From Haliotis rubra (Eukaryota): DNA of 64,000 nucleotides. The stretch covers positions 1 to 64,000 of the forward strand of contig NW_025766581.1 in assembly GCF_003918875.1 (NCBI RefSeq). Direction: 5' to 3'. Both the position numbers and the translations under genes were made by a program. This document shows positions 63,074 through 64,000 of the stretch, in pieces. Each line of letters begins with the position of its first letter. Within the stretch, counting starts at the first letter, position 1. The notes below the pieces were generated by a model, which worked only from the letters and a program-made list of their open reading frames with translations, had not been told where the DNA came from and ran no database searches.

Positions 63074-64000
63074 CATAAAAATCAAAAGAATGAAAGTCAG
63101 TGCAGAGCTGTGGTTTAAGCGTTTGTCACTTTACTGCTCGTGATCTACTGTACGTGGGGTTAATCTGGAAATGTTTGTGTATTCACCAAAACGTATGGGC
63201 ATAGCTTTGTCGGTGAATTGCAGACATGCAATATTCAAATAGGTCGTTTCCAGCAAGAAGTGAAAAAGTCCACCAGGTGAAACACACCAGCTGTTGTGGA
63301 GATTCCTGGGATGACCTGAGCTACACAACGACTACTTGATCTCAACAGTGTGCTGAACCAGCTGAAGTTCAAAGAAACCCCATGCATGAAACCCAGGAGA
63401 CATATATACATTGACTAATGTATGGATGGACTAGGACCACAGGAACTCTGAAACTGTTTGTCAGTTTTCGGAGTTTCTTCCTCATAGAATATTCAGTATC
63501 AATATACACGATCTTCACCCAAACCTGATGATATAGCTTATATTGTCTAGTTGAGACATACCATATTCACTTAAAGGTCATTTTCAGCAATTAAATGGAC
63601 CGCATGATGACTCGGTGAAACACATCAGTGGTGATAGTGGTTGAACCTATACCTAGACAGGACAATATGATCTTAACATAGTATGATAATGCATACCACT
63701 TATGGTTAAAAGCCGAGACATGTGGTGAAAAGGAAACCTTACGTCTCTGCTCATGATCATGACTTGCGTGAAACGCGCGCGCAGTGTTATCAACTTAGAA
63801 AGGTGTATGGCATACGATCCAGTAGTCTCAGTGTCTGTGAAACGTCCCCTGTTGCGCGCAGTGCCAAAGTTATCAAGTTTTGCACTTGAAGGGTTGGCAC
63901 TATTTACTTCTTCACAGAGTTTATCACGAGGAGATAAAATCTGTATATTGCACTTGAAGACTTCTCAGATTCACGAGGAGATAAAATCTGTATATTGTGA

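Noticed and set aside
63770-64000. Scrambled repeats of mariner fragments at the window end
   Set aside because: They are a shuffled version of 47990-48340 and most likely a consensus artefact.

Overview
Eukaryotic, repeat-rich, AT-rich invertebrate genomic DNA. It is probably molluscan and possibly abalone-like, inferred only from SINE types and B-box style. The window is dominated by a head-to-tail tandem array of TRIM genes on the + strand (C3HC4 RING, B-box1, B-box2, coiled coil, NHL/beta-propeller, no filamin domain, about 650 aa). There are seven closely related copies (A: <1-1136, B: 9369-11463, C: 18990-21127, D: 26729-29272, E: 35851/36026-38466, F: 44833-46964, G: 60938-63073) and two much more divergent relatives (an NHL-only fragment at 50913-51703 and a RING/B-box-less coiled-coil-NHL gene at 53625-55131). 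The basic plan is a splice acceptor directly before the ATG, a 307-nt RING exon, one short phase-1 intron and a single ~1.65-kb exon for the rest. No copy is intact as assembled: C, F and G have only 1-2 lesions, D and E are clear pseudogenes, and A and B are very noisy. The most striking signal is that the RING/B-box/coiled-coil half and the last propeller segment are almost invariant, while amino-acid changes concentrate in periodic short patches of the NHL repeats and are shuffled as mosaics between copies. This pattern suggests a diversifying ligand-recognition E3-ligase locus, possibly immune. Spacers are paralogous segmental duplications (one inverted) carrying SINEs, MITEs, a Tx1/L1-like LINE remnant, a mariner remnant and a minisatellite. 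Two N-gaps are present.
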